Position numbers and translations under genes: made by a program | Source: Mobula hypostoma | Lineage: Eukaryota | Direction: 5' to 3' | Assembly: GCF_963921235.1 (NCBI RefSeq) | Contig: NC_086115.1 | Location: 17,670,001-17,734,000 of the forward strand | DNA length: 64,000 bases | Shown here: in pieces, positions 48,540 through 60,932 of the stretch | Numbering within the stretch: position 1 is the first letter of the stretch | Layout of the letters: each line of letters begins with the position of its first letter | Notes under the pieces: model-generated | Seen by the model: only the letters and a program-made list of their open reading frames with translations | Databases searched by the model: none | Told to the model about the DNA's origin: nothing

Positions 48540-48846
48540 CCCCCGCCTCACAGATCGGCCCTCCTTTCCGGTCCGCCCCTCTAGACGCGTTGCCATGGTG
48601 CTGTTTCCCTTCGACCAATAATAACAAGTGATAGATGGGCATGCTCGTAGAACTGGCCAATCGGATGAAAGAGTGTTGTCTCCTGGCAACAGCTTGGTTC
48701 TCGGTCTCGGAGTGAAACGGGCCCTGGTGTTTTTGAGGTTTGGCGAAGTGAAGCAGAAGAGAGGCGATGGAGGGCATGTGAATAGGAGAGAGGGAGAGAG
48801 GGGAGTATGGATGAAGGGCGAGGAGGGTAACGACAGCGGAGTACAG
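48540..48846 (+). promoter_or_regulatory. Probable CFAP43 promoter with RFX X-boxes, CCAAT and GC boxes, and a likely non-coding exon (donor CAG|GTGAAA at 48846)
   Basis: GTTGCCATGGTGC at 48589-48601, GTCTCCTGGCAAC at 48678-48690, CCAAT at about 48615 and 48657, CCGCCC at about 48573. CpG-rich. Confidence 0.7.
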
Positions 48847-49115
48847 GTGAAAGGGGAGAGAGAGTAGAGAAATAATAGCGAGTGGGTTTGAGACGAGAGT
48901 GAGGCAGGGTGAGGGGAAGAGGAGAGGACGGAGTGACAGAGAAGGGACGGAGAGTGGGGTGAGAACTGAGAGGGGAGTGAGAAAGCCCAGCGTGGTGGTG
49001 GTGGTAGTGGAACAGGGACTGAGGCAGCTGTGATCATCCATTCGGGTCTGTCTCTGTCCCTCACCTCCTGTTGTGGCCAGTCTGTGAACAACATTGTCAG
49101 GTGTGAAAGCAGACG

Positions 49116-49144
49116 ATGGAGAACCCAGAGGTCCTGTCGCTCAG
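49116..49144 (+). CDS. CFAP43: CFAP43 first coding exon (MENPEVLSL-R)
   Basis: ATG GAG AAC CCA GAG GTC CTG TCG CTC AG|GTGAGA; phase 2 joins A TGG GTG to give ...LSLRWV, like human ...LSVRWV. An upstream acceptor TGTCAG| lies at 49100. Confidence 0.75.
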
Positions 49145-50291
49145 GTGAGACCCTCAGCTTCAGGGGCTTCTTGTGTTTACAGTCTGCATGGGCTGAGGAA
49201 GAATTTCTGTAAAATGCGGGAGAGGCTGCAGATGAGAAATCTAGCTCATATAGTTCAACACAATTATTCTGTCCTGACTCCTTATCTAGAAATATCCAGT
49301 TCTCTGTGTTGCCATTTTTCTCTCTTTTTTTAATACACTGCAAAGTATTTCCAGATCTCTTGAACCTGCTTCCAACACAACACCTGATTGGTCATTTCTG
49401 CATCCTAACCAATTGCTGTAGCCAGTGACCTATTTCAGAGCTGCCTGTGGTGCTGAATTTCTTTACATCCATTCATGGGATGTGGATGTCACCTTGAGTT
49501 TAGCTCTTAGAAACATGGAAACTGTAGAAGTAGCCCATCTTAGCCCTTCATCCAGGATTTAACAAGATCGTGGCTGATCTTCTATCTTATCTCCATTTCT
49601 TGGCATTGTCTTCAAGTACCTTCAATCCTTCAATATCCAGAAAGGTAGCAATTTGTCCCTCAAACCTTTGATGGTTTGTTTGTTGAGAATGAAAATCCTG
49701 GTTTCAAATTGATCTACATCACTTTAAAACTCGTATAAAATTACATCATACTGTGGCCATGCTTTCTGAGAGAGCCTGTACAAAAAAAAACTTATTTATT
49801 TACTCTTTCATGTTGCAGTTTTCTAGACTGAAGACAACCTGTTCTCTAGACATTTCCTCAAGATACCGATCTACATATTCAGTTTGTACGCAATCCAATA
49901 GGTACATTTCATGTCAGAGAAATGTTTACAATATACGTCCTGAAATTCTTTTTCTTCAGAAACATCCACGAAAACAGAGGAGTACCCCAAAGAATGACAG
50001 TTAAATGTTAGAACCCCGAAGTTCCCCTCCCCAAGAAATTCTTTCTCAACATTGTCTCATAACTCAATTTGCCCAGTCTATATGTGTTTTAAAGTCGTCT
50101 TTGATAATTGCTTCTGATACATGCCCCTTTAATTTTCTCATTTATACCATGCCTTGCATTACTTTTGGGAGGCCCATGAAGAACTCACAACGATGTGATC
50201 TGCCTGTAGCTGCTCCTTAGCTAGACTCAAACTGATTTGAGTTCCAAGTGACACAATTTATCAGGCCAGGATCCCATCTAATATGTGCTGA

Positions 50292-51078
50292 GGTCATCAC
50301 ATGGTGTGAGCAGAATTATCTGCAGCTTAATGTGAAAAAGACTAAGGGGCTGCTGTTAGACGTGAGGAGAGCTAAGGTACCGGTGACCCCTGTTTCCATC
50401 CAGGGGGTCAGTGTGGACATGGTGGAGGATTACAAATACCTGGGGATATGAATTGATAATAAACTGGACTGGTCTAAGAACACTGAGGCTGTCTACAAGA
50501 AGGGTCAGAGCCGTCTCTATTTCCTGAGGAGACTGAGGTCCTTTAACATCTGCCGGACGATGCTGAGGATGTTCTACGAGTCTGTGGTGGCCAGTGCGAT
50601 CATGTTTGCTGTTGTGTGCTGGGGCAGCAGGCTGAGGGTAGCAGACACCAACAGAATCAACAAACTTATTCGTAAGGCCAGTGATGTTGTGGGGATGGAA
50701 CTGGACTCTCTCACGGTGGTGTCTGAAAAGAGGATGCTGTCTAAGTTGCATGCCATCTTGGACAATGTCTCCCATCCACTACATAATGTACTGGTTGGGC
50801 ATAGGAGTACATTCAGCCAGAGACTCATTCCTCCGAGATGCAGCACAGAGCGTCATAGGAAGTCATTCCTGCCTGTGGCCATCAAACTTTACAACTCCTC
50901 CCTTGGAGGGTCAGACACACTGAGCCAATAGGCTGGTCCTGGACTTATTTCATAATTTACTGGCATAATTTACATATTACTATTTAACTATTTATGGTTC
51001 TATTACTAGTTATTATTTATGGTGCAACTGTAACGAAAACCAATTTCCCCCAGGATCAATAAAGTATGACTCTGACTA
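50292..51078 (+). mobile_element. Rex1/Babar 3' fragment with (TATGAC)-type tail
   Basis: WCEQNYLQLNVKKTK...YKYLG and FYESVVASAIMFAVVCWG...SFLPVAIKLYN. Confidence 0.9.
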
Positions 51079-51882
51079 TTGTTGTAACAGTACCAGCACA
51101 TCTTCTTTTCCTCTTTGTGGATCCCTAACTGGGCTCTGAGGTAGGCAGTTGGTGGGCTATTTTCAGAGATTTTAAGCGGTTTCTAGAATCATACGTAGAC
51201 CGATGAGGTAAGGCTGGAGGATTTTCTTTGCTGAATGGCACTATTGATGGGCTTCAGTGACTAGTTTAAGAAAACAGTTTCAGATTTATTTAATTTCTTG
51301 ACTTTACATTTCCTAGATACTGTAGTGGGATTTGAACTCCTATCTCTAGATTAATAAATCTCTGGATTCTAGTTGGATAATTTAAACATCAAAATCTTTG
51401 TAATTCCTTCTGGGCTCTACCCATCACTATTTACACCTTCTACACCTTTCCTTATCTCTGTAATACCCTGCCTCCCCCCTCACACCTCTCCCTATCACTG
51501 TAATCCTCCAGCAGCTACACCCCTCCCTAAGTCTGTAGCCCCTCCAACTTATATACTTCTTATCTCTGTAACCCCTCCAAGCTCTATACCCCTCCCTACC
51601 TCTGTAACCTTCACTAGCTTTTACCTCCAGGGAACTGATTGTTCCACCATGGAGATGGCTCCTTAATCGTCCCCACTTCTTTCTTTCTCTCCTCCTTTAA
51701 GGCACTTTTTAGTACCTTCCTTTCAGACCAAGCATTTGGCCTTTTATCTTCATGTGACCCAGTGTTGCATTTTGTTAACCACGTTGAGGGTGCTTTAGGT
51801 GTGGGTGGGCAGAGCGTTAGACACCAGGGGGATTTAGTGAGACAGGGCAGCCGCAATCACCTTTACTGTTTATCTTTTTCAG

Positions 51883-52136
51883 ATGGGTGAAAGGTTACAC
51901 GTCGCAGAGCGTGCTGTTTGTCAACAACAACACGATATGCTACCCCTGTGGGAACTTCATTATTTTCATAAACATGGAAACAAAGGAGGAGAGGGTGCTG
52001 AAGTGTGAGACTGGGAGCATCGGGGCCTTCACTACCAACAGCAACAGTCAGGTCATAGCCTTTGCAGAGCAGAAGTTAAAGCCATCCATCTACCTGTACA
52101 GCTTCCCCGAACTGACCAAGACTGCTGTCCTCACTG
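51883..52136 (+). CDS. CFAP43: CFAP43 coding exon 2 (254 bp)
   Basis: TTTTCAG|A TGG...G|GTGAGT. Translates WVKGYTSQSVLFVNNNTICYPCGNFIIFINMETKEERVLKC...AFAEQKLKPSIYLYSFPELT, recognisable as the CFAP43/WDR96 N-terminus. Confidence 0.93.
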
Positions 52137-52659
52137 GTGAGTGCTGCTGGAGAGTGGGCGGTAGTTATCCTCACAATACAGCTCGCAGAGGAGCTTCTTC
52201 AAATGAGTATCCAGTATCAGCTGCTTTTTAACATTTATCATTACAATTACAATAAGGTCAATTGAAAACAAGTAAATGTTCTTGACTTTGAGCAGTCACA
52301 GGGCACTCATAGTTCTCCCTCATACTCTATCCACCATCCCTCCTCCACCTTATTATTCTTATTCTGGCTTTATCCCCCTTCCTTTCCAGTCCTGATGAAG
52401 GGTCTAGGCCAAAAATATCAATTCCTTATTCCACTTCATCGATGCTGCCTGACTTCTTGAGTTCCTACACAGTCTGTGTGTGTTGCTCAAGATTTCCAGC
52501 ATCTGCAGAATGTTTTGTGTTTATGTTCTGCTAACTGTTTTGTTTTTATCCATGTCATTGTTCAGCAGTCTCCATCCTGGAGCTCACTCTATATCTAGCC
52601 CTGTCTAGGAGTGTTTTACAGGGTTCTGAGAGAGCCTTTAACAAGCATCTAATCTAAAA

Positions 52660-54215
52660 ACCTTGCTAAAAGCCCAGGACACTGCCTTTAAGTATGGTGA
52701 CAGAACAGCTCTCAGAGCAGCCAAGAGAAACCTCATCTTAGGCATCAACAGGACAAAGACTGCCTATGCACAAAAAATTCATGAACACCTATCCAACAAT
52801 GAACCCTGGCATATGTGGCTGGGCATCAAGGGTGTTACTGACCATGTAATGCATTGACTGTACCAGTGACACCTCCCTCCCTGAACAGCTTTTACACATG
52901 CTTCAGGACATGTAACACAACGCCGGCCATTAAAGCTACCCCACCCCCCCCAGGTGAGCAGCCACTGTCTGCACAAGAGCAGATGTGAGAAGGATTCTGC
53001 AGAGAGTCAATCCCTGTAAGGCAGCTAGGCCAGGCAACATCCCAGGCCGGGTACCTAGGGAATGTGCACATCAGCTCACTGCCATCTCCACAGACATCTT
53101 CAACACTTCACTCATCTAGGCTGCTGTCTCCACATGTTTCAAATCACCACAATCATCTGGTAGCACTAATACCAATCATCGTGTGGTGCTTTCAATGGCT
53201 GATGTGGGCACATATCAAAAATTTCATTCATGCCACATTGGATACCCACCAATGTGTTTACCGACAGAACTGCTCTCGGGCAGATGCCGTAGCAGTTGTA
53301 ATGCACCTGGCCCTGGCACACCTAGGAAACAAGGACACTTGTGCCAGAACGCTGTTTCTGGATTTCAGTTCAGCATTCAATACTGTTGTTCCACAGGCCT
53401 TGGTTAATAAACTCCTTCTCCTTGGTGTAAGTACACCACCACTGTGCAACAGGGTGTTCGACTCCCTAACGAACTCCCCCCCACCCCCCCCACTTAACAT
53501 GGGCAGCACAGCAGTGGAACCTGCAAGCAGTTTCAAATTCCTGGGAGTGCACATCACACACAACCTCTCATGGTCCCAGGACACATCCCACACAGTCAGG
53601 AAAGCTTACCAGTGCTTCTGCTTTCTGAGGAGACTGGACTATGTACATCCATACTCATGTCCTGCTACAGAGGCGCAGCAGAGAACATCCTAATGACCTG
53701 CATCACTGCTTGGTGCGGAAACTGCACTGTAATGGACAGGAAGGCTTTGCAGCAGGTAGTCCAAACTGACTGGCACCAGTCTACCCGCTATCAAGGACAT
53801 GTATACAGAAGGATACTGGGAAAGGGCCGGTAACATCATGATGGATCTCACCTACTCTGCTCATGGACTGTTTGTCCCACTCCCATCATGAAAGAGGCTA
53901 CATCGCATCCACACCAGGGCCGCTGGACTCAAAAACAGTGACTTTCCCCAAGCAGTAAGCTCCACCCACTAACCCACCCCTCCACACCCCCAACTACCAC
54001 TACTTTATTATTTCCTGTCAGTCACTCTTGTACCCATGTCACTTTATGGATATACAATCAATTTATGTATATAAGCCATCTTATGTATTTATATTAATTG
54101 ATTTATTATTATTGTTATTGTGTTCTTTATCTTTTTGTGCTGAATCAGATCTGAGTAATGATTATTTTGTTCTCCATTGCACTGTGTACAGGAAGTGACA
54201 TGAAACAATCTTGAA
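52660..54215 (+). mobile_element. Degenerate Rex1/Babar LINE
   Basis: ORF 53064-53693: LDTHQCVYRQN...LFLDFSSAFNTVVP...FKFLGVHI; the 3' part reads CITAWCGNC. Confidence 0.85.
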
Positions 54216-55194
54216 CTTTGAATCCTTTTTAGGATTTTATATCCAGGTTTTCTTTTCTGTCTTTTTAAAAATATTTTTGTTTCAGAAATAATATTATTAA
54301 AAGTAAAATGACAAATTAAAATGGTGTCTTCCTTGTCAAGGACAAAGAACATAGAACAGTCCGAGCCCTTCGTTGTTCCAACCTTTTAACCTACTTCAAG
54401 TTCAATCTAACCTTTCCCTCCCACACAGCCCTTCATTTCTCTTTCATACGTGTACCAATCTAAAATGCCCTAGTGGTCTACCTCTACCATCACACCTGGC
54501 AGTGCATTCCATGCACTTGCCTTTCTCTGTGTTAAAAGATACTACCTCTAACATCCCACCTATACTTCCCCCCAATCATTTTAAAATTATGTTCTCTTGT
54601 ATTAGCCATTTCCACCCTGGGAAAAAAGTGCTAGTTGTCCATTCTATCAATGTCTTTTATCATCTTGTACACCTCTATCGTCATCTCCCATCGAACCTGC
54701 AAGGTGCCCATCACCTACAGAAGGTCCCCCCAGTGGTTATTGCGTTCACCCTCAGTGATGATCTTTGTAGACATTTGAATGGCTGTCTTGGCCAGCCCAG
54801 GTGCAAACAGACAAGGAGATTGTTATTCCTGCTTTGGAGTGTTTAATAAATATACTCTAAGTGTCATATAGGGGCCTCATACCCTTCAGATTTTCCGCAT
54901 GCCTCACCTGACCCAATGCTCAGTGCACCACTCCCATCCCTTCACCCTGAGTCCAATCTATCCAAGGGTTCCACTTGTCCCCAGGATCTGCAGCTCTACT
55001 GGCTTATTGTACTCCTTGACAAAGACCTTGTGTGTCTGTGTCTATTCTATCACAGAGTATTTGTTGGTTCTGGGCTGCAATTGGATATCATTGTGAAGGG
55101 GCCTTGTGCAAATCTGGTGCAGGCCCCGCATTTTCTGGGAATATACTATTTCTAGTGTCAGTAATTTTTAGTCTTGTCTGATTGTGTTTTTCAG

Positions 55195-55291
55195 ATGGAG
55201 CAGAGCTTGAGTACACACTGCTGGATTTCTGCTATTTGGGTTCCTACTTTGCCAGTTTCTCCTCAATCCCTGACTTCCTTTTAACCATCTG
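55195..55291 (+). CDS. CFAP43: CFAP43 coding exon 3 (97 bp)
   Basis: TTTTTCAG|AT GGA...TG|GTAGTT. Translates DGAELEYTLLDFCYLGSYFASFSSIPDFLLTIW; phases fit both neighbours. Confidence 0.9.
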
Positions 55292-56359
55292 GTAGTTTTT
55301 TATTGATAAGTACTTCTGCTTTATAGTGGTATGGGTATGTTGAATCACTCCCATGGTGGGCAGCAGTTGAGGAAATCAGCATAGATATGTCTAAGGGAAA
55401 ACTAAATAAATGCACACAGGAGAAGGAAATGAGAGGCAATGTTTGCAGACTGGGAGAAGGATTGAGTATAATCACCAGGAATGACCAATGGGTTGAACGA
55501 CGTGTTTATTATTCTACACATTTGCACAGTTGTAGGATGCACCGGCCCAGGAAGTGTTGTGATGAGAAACTGTCCCTACCTGGAAGCATGTGATGGGCAG
55601 TGTAGAGACACTTTTCTTTCACTCAAGTGGTCCTGGCATAGATGCTGTGTACCCTCTTCCCTGAGGGGAGTGAGACAAACAGTCCATAAGCAGGGTGGGT
55701 GAGATTTTTCATGATATCGCTGGATAATTTCAGGCACCTTTCTGTATATATGTCCTTAACAGCAGGTAGGCTGGTACTGGTGATGTATTGGACAGTTTTA
55801 ACCACCCATAGTAGAACCTGTCTGCAGCAGTGCAGTTCCCATACTACATAAAGATGCAGCATGTTAGAATGCTCTCACCGCACAGCTGTAGAACGATCTT
55901 TACTATTGATGTGCAATGACCTGCTCTCTTCAGCATGTCCCTACCTGGAAGTGTGTTATGGGACAGTGTAGAAGGCACTTTTCTCAATCTTTCCCATGCT
56001 GGAACTCTGTGATAGGACCACATAGATGTAGCTTTACTCTGTAGTCCTCTGGTACTGTTTCTGCCCAGAGACTTTGTAATAAAAGTTTGGAGTCGTAGGG
56101 CACTATAGCATAGAAACAATTCCTTAGGCCCATTTAGACCATGCTGAACTCTTATTCTGCCTAGTCCCATCAACCTGTACCTGGACCATAACCCTCCATA
56201 ACTCTCCCATCCATGAACTTATCCAAACATCTCTGAAATGTTGAAATTGAACCCAGATCCACCATATCTGCTGGTAGCTCGTTCCACACTCATACCACTC
56301 TCTGAGTGAAGAAGTTCCCCCTCAGGTTCTCCTTAGACATTTCACTTTTCACCCTTAAC

Positions 56360-56662
56360 CAGAACGAGGGGTTTGAGGATAAAGGGGAAGCCTTTTAAGA
56401 CCGAGATTAGGAAAAACTTCTTCACACAGAGAGTGGTGAATCTGTGGAATTCTCTGCCACAGGAAACAGTTGAGGCCAGTTCATTGGCTATATTTAAGAG
56501 GGAGTTAGATATGGCCCTTGTGGCTAAAGGGATCAGGGGGTATGGAGGGAAGGCTGGTACAGGGTTCTGTGTTGGATGATCAGCCATGATCATACTGAAT
56601 GGCTGTGCAGGCTCGAAGGGCCGAATGGCCTACTCCTGCACCTATTTTCCATGTTTCTATGT
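56360..56662 (+). mobile_element. Young CR1 3' fragment nested in an older minus-strand CR1
   Basis: Very similar to 2335-2621, with a TTTCCATGTTTCTATG tail and TTAACC repeated at both flanks. Confidence 0.85.
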
Positions 56663-57759
56663 TTAACCCATGACCTCTAGTTCTAGTTTCACCCCCTTGA
56701 TTTTGTATACCTCTATCTAAAGCCCACCACAATTTTGAAGGGTTTTATCAAATCTCCCCTTATTCTCCTATGCTCCAGAGAATAAAGTCCTAACTATTTA
56801 ACCTTTCCCTATAACTTAAGTCCTCAAAAATCCTGGGAGCATCCTTGTAAACTTCCTCTGTGCTCTTTCAAACTTATTGATATCTTTCCTGTAGGTAAGT
56901 GATCAGAACTGCACACAATACTCTAAACATCTTTCAACATTATTTCAACATCAATTGGGCAAATTCCTTCAGGGCCAAATATTCCATAGTAAATCAGTGG
57001 TAGTTTGTTCATAGAAATCTTGTTAAATTATCTAATTACATTTATAATATTCCATACTAAACTGAATACAGTGTAATATTGTTTACTCTATTTGCATGTT
57101 GTACGGCTGGTGCACTGTTCCATTAGTACTCTGTGGCTTTACTTAAAAATGTCATCCACTGGAATTAGAAGAGTGAGAGGGGACAATTGAAACATATGAC
57201 ATCCTGAGGGGTCATGACTGAGTGGGTGTTTATTCTCATAGGAGAATCCAGAAATTAGGATCATTGTTTAAAAATAAAGAACCATCTCTTTAAGATTAAG
57301 ATGAGATAGAAGTTTTTCCATTGATTGGCAAAGAAGGCTCAAGGGTCTGAGTACCCTTTGCCCCCTAATACATTTGTTTAGGATTTGAATTTTCATTTCC
57401 AAAATCAGAGGCTCAAAGACGAGCTCCATGGGATGAATTTGCTGTGCAAGGTGCAGGGTCTAAAGTTTACAACTGAAGTGACAGCACCTCCAACAGTTTG
57501 GTTCGTGCTGAAAGAGCTGAGGGTGGCATGGTAGCGTGGCAGCAGCAGTTCTTACAATGGCGGCAATTCAGTTCTCACCTCTGTCTGTAAGGAGTTTGTA
57601 TGTTCTTCTCATGACTGCGTAGGTTTCCTCCAGATGCTCCGGTTTCCACATCCAAAAGAGGTATGGGTTAGTAGGTTAATTGGTCACATGGGTATAATTG
57701 GGCAGCACAGGCTCATTGGGCCAGAAGGGCCTGTCACTCTGCTGCATCTCTAACGAGAA

Positions 57760-58740
57760 GACTGATGAGCAGTGGGGCACTAAGGAGTGCGGAAGAACAG
57801 AGGAATCGGGGAACATTCACAACACGCTGGAGGAACTCAGCAGATCGGGCAGCATCTGTGGAAATACAGATCCATAGTTCGTCAAAGATAGATAGGGTCA
57901 TAAAGAGAACTTTTGGCACATTAGCCTTCATAAGTGAAAGTATTGAGTACAGGAGTTAGGATGTTATGTTGAGGCCTAATTTGGAGTATTGTGTGTAGAT
58001 CTGGTCACCTACAGTATGTATCGGAAAGAAATCAGTAAGATTGAAAGAGCGCAGTGAAAATTTACAAGGATGTTGCCAGGACTTGAGGACCTGGGTTAGA
58101 GGGAGTCACTTTCAAGGGCCCTTCATCTCATGTTCTCAATATTTATTGCTTACTTATTATTATTATTGTATTTGCACATGGGTTGTTTATCCATCTGTTG
58201 GGCGTTTCATTGATTCTATTGTGTTTCTTAGATTTACTGTGCATGCCTGCAAAAAAACGAATATCAGGGTTGTACACGGTGACATGTATGTACTTTGATA
58301 ATACATTTATTTTGAATTTTGAACTTTGAAAGGTTGAATAGGTTACGATTTTATTTCCTAGAATGCAGGAGAATAGAGAGAGATTTGATAGACATATACA
58401 AAATTATGAGAGCTATCAATAGGGTAAATGCAAGTAGGCTTTTTCCACTGAGGTTGGATGAGACTAGAACCAGGGGTCATGGGTTAAAAGTGAAAGGTGA
58501 AATGTTTAAGGGGAACATGATGGGCAACATATTCGCCCAGAGGGTGGTGAGAGTGTGGAATGAGCTGTCAGGGGAAGTGGGGGATGTGGGTTCAATTTGA
58601 ACATTTAAGAGAAACTTGAATAGGTACATGGATTGGAGGGGTATGGAGGGCTTTGGGCCAGGTGCGGATCGATGGCACAAGGCAGATTAATAGTTTGGCA
58701 CATAATAGATGGGCCGAAGGACTGTTTCTATGAGTCTATG
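57760..58740 (+). mobile_element. Degenerate CR1 3' part with nested fragments
   Basis: ALRSAEEQR, GTLAFI, RIERDLIDIYKIM...TRGHGLKV...QRVVRVWNEL. Confidence 0.75.
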
Positions 58741-58796
58741 GTGCAAGTACTGTTGACATACTCAGTTAATCTTTTATTGTTCTCAACTGTCTGGAG

Positions 58797-58964
58797 GAAC
58801 TGGAGAACGGGCAGTCGTCTCTGCAGCGAGTCGGTGATGCGGATGAAGGCTGATATCCTGTGCTTCAACCCCATGAACCAGCTGCAGCTGTGCCTGGCCA
58901 GCAGCAACTGTCTGCTGCTGTGGAACATTGAACGATGCAATGACCTTCACATCTTAAAGCAAGT
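58797..58964 (+). CDS. CFAP43: CFAP43 coding exon 4 (168 bp); the gene continues beyond the window
   Basis: CTGGAG|G AAC TGG...GT|GTAAGT. Translates NWRTGSRLCSESVMRMKADILCFNPMNQLQLCLASSNCLLLWNIERCNDLHILKQ, matching the FNPMN..QLCL and W.IER motifs. Confidence 0.9.
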
Positions 58965-60157
58965 GTAAGTGCTACAGACTGAGGAGAGATAGCTAAGTTA
59001 ATCATTTGTCACAAGAACTTTTTAACCAGGAGCATCTCATCATCTTAAACATAACAGATTCTGCAGATGCTGGAAATTTTGAGCAACACACGCAGAATGC
59101 TTGAGAAACGTAGCAGGTCAGGAAGTATTGGTGTGCAATAAGTAATTGATATTTCAGCCTAAGATCCTTCATGAGGGCCAGAAAGGAAGAGTAAAAAAGT
59201 CTCAGCCCTCTCCCTCCTTTTTTCTTTTTCCATTCTCAAATCTGGTTACCCTCTTCTTCTCACCTGCCATCACCTCCCTCTGATGTCCCTCCTCCCCCTT
59301 TTCGCATGTCCACTGTTCTCTCCTATCAGATCCTTCTTCAGCCCTTGACCTCTAATGCCTATCACCTCCCACCTTCTTACTTCATCCCTCCTCACCCACT
59401 CACCCTCACCTAATCTCACCTATCACCTGCTGGCTTGTACTCTTCCCCCCCCGCCCCACCTTCTTATTCTGGCGTATGTCCTCTTCCTTTTCAGTCCCGA
59501 TGAAGGGGCTTAGCCCAAAAGTTGACTGTTTACTTTCTTGCATAGATGCTGCCTGACCTTCTGAGTTCCTCTAATAATTTGTGTATTTTGCACCTGGGTA
59601 TCTATGTAGATCCATTTTTATTATACACTTCACAGACGATTAAGAAAGACTTGCATTCCATGGTTCTTTCTACAAACTAAGAGCATCCTAAAGTGATTTA
59701 CAGACAACGAAGCTTATAAAACGTCATTTAGGCTGCATCTGAAGTATTGCATTTAGTTTTGGTCATCCCATTTTTAGGAAGAATGTCAAGGCTTTGGAGA
59801 GGGTGCAGAGGGGATTCAGTAGGATACTGCCTGGATTAGAGGGTACGTGCTGCAGGTGAGTTTGGATAAACTTGCCTTGTTTTCTCTAGAGTGGCAGAGG
59901 GGAGATCTGATATGCTCACGAGTGGCATAGATAGAGTAGACAGCTGATATCTTTCCCCCAGTTTTGAAACACCTCATACCAGAGCGCATGCATTTAAGCT
60001 GAAAGGAGAAGCTTCAAAGGAGATGTGCAGGGCAAGCTTTTTATACTGAGAGTGGTAGTTCCTTCTGTGCTTTAACTTTTTGTGAGTGAGAGGCTCTTTA
60101 TCGATTACAACTCTGCAATTAATACCATCATCTCCTCAAAACTAATCAGTAAGCTAG

Positions 60158-60932
60158 TCATTCACTGATTCAAATTAAAATTGTATGTCATTACCATTTG
60201 ACGAAGGAGAGACTGTCTAAAATATTTCCTAATGTTGATAGTTATTGTGATAGATGTAAAACTGAGACAGCTACACTGACACACATATTTTGGTCTTGTT
60301 CTATACTGGAACAGTTCTGGAAGTCAGTTTTTTCGACAATTTCTAAAGCACTTAAAATTAATTTACAACCTAACAAATTAACTGTGTTTTTTGGAATAAT
60401 TCCTCAAAATATCCGTGGTATGTCTGTGTCTGACCAACATGTTATTGCATTTGTTACATTGATAGCTAGGAGGGCCATTTTGTTGAAGTGGAAGGATACA
60501 TCAGCTCCCACTTTGTCACAATGGTTCTCTCAAGTGATGCTATGTCTTAGAAAATTAGAAGTCGAACCTTTGAATCTTTATTTAATTTTGAGAAAAGATG
60601 GGGTTCATTTGCTCGTTATTATCATTTGAGTTAATTGATAGATTTCCTCCACGATCTAATTGTAAATTTTTTGGGTTTTTTTTTCTTTCTGGCCGTTTGA
60701 TGTTTATCTTTAGAAGCTTTTTGTATGATGCGTGGCTCTGGGTTGTACACCTAATGGGTTTTTTCCCCCCACTTTTTCTGCTTAGTAGGGGTTATTTTTT
60801 ATTATCACCAAAATTCTTCAATCCTTAAAATAATGTTTTTTTTTCCCTTGAGACATTTTAAGTGTTGTTTACTTCGATGTACTTGTGTTATTTTTGAATA
60901 ATATAATAATAACAAAAAGATTTTGAAAAAAA
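60158..60932 (+). mobile_element. 5'-truncated L1 inserted into a Rex-Babar element
   Basis: CDRCKTETATLTHIFWSC, ARRAILLKWK and an A-rich tail. AAAA(C)CTAATCAGTA is repeated at both flanks (about 60138 and 60929). Confidence 0.85.

Noticed and set aside
48315-49343. 342-aa minus-strand ORF over the CFAP43 promoter
   Set aside because: It is a low-complexity S/P/L translation of a purine-rich tract that runs into a SINE, with a non-ATG start and no domain.
51410-51620. Degenerate CCCT..CTCTGTAACC repeats
   Set aside because: They look like low-complexity, LINE-derived decayed repeats, and I cannot support any function.
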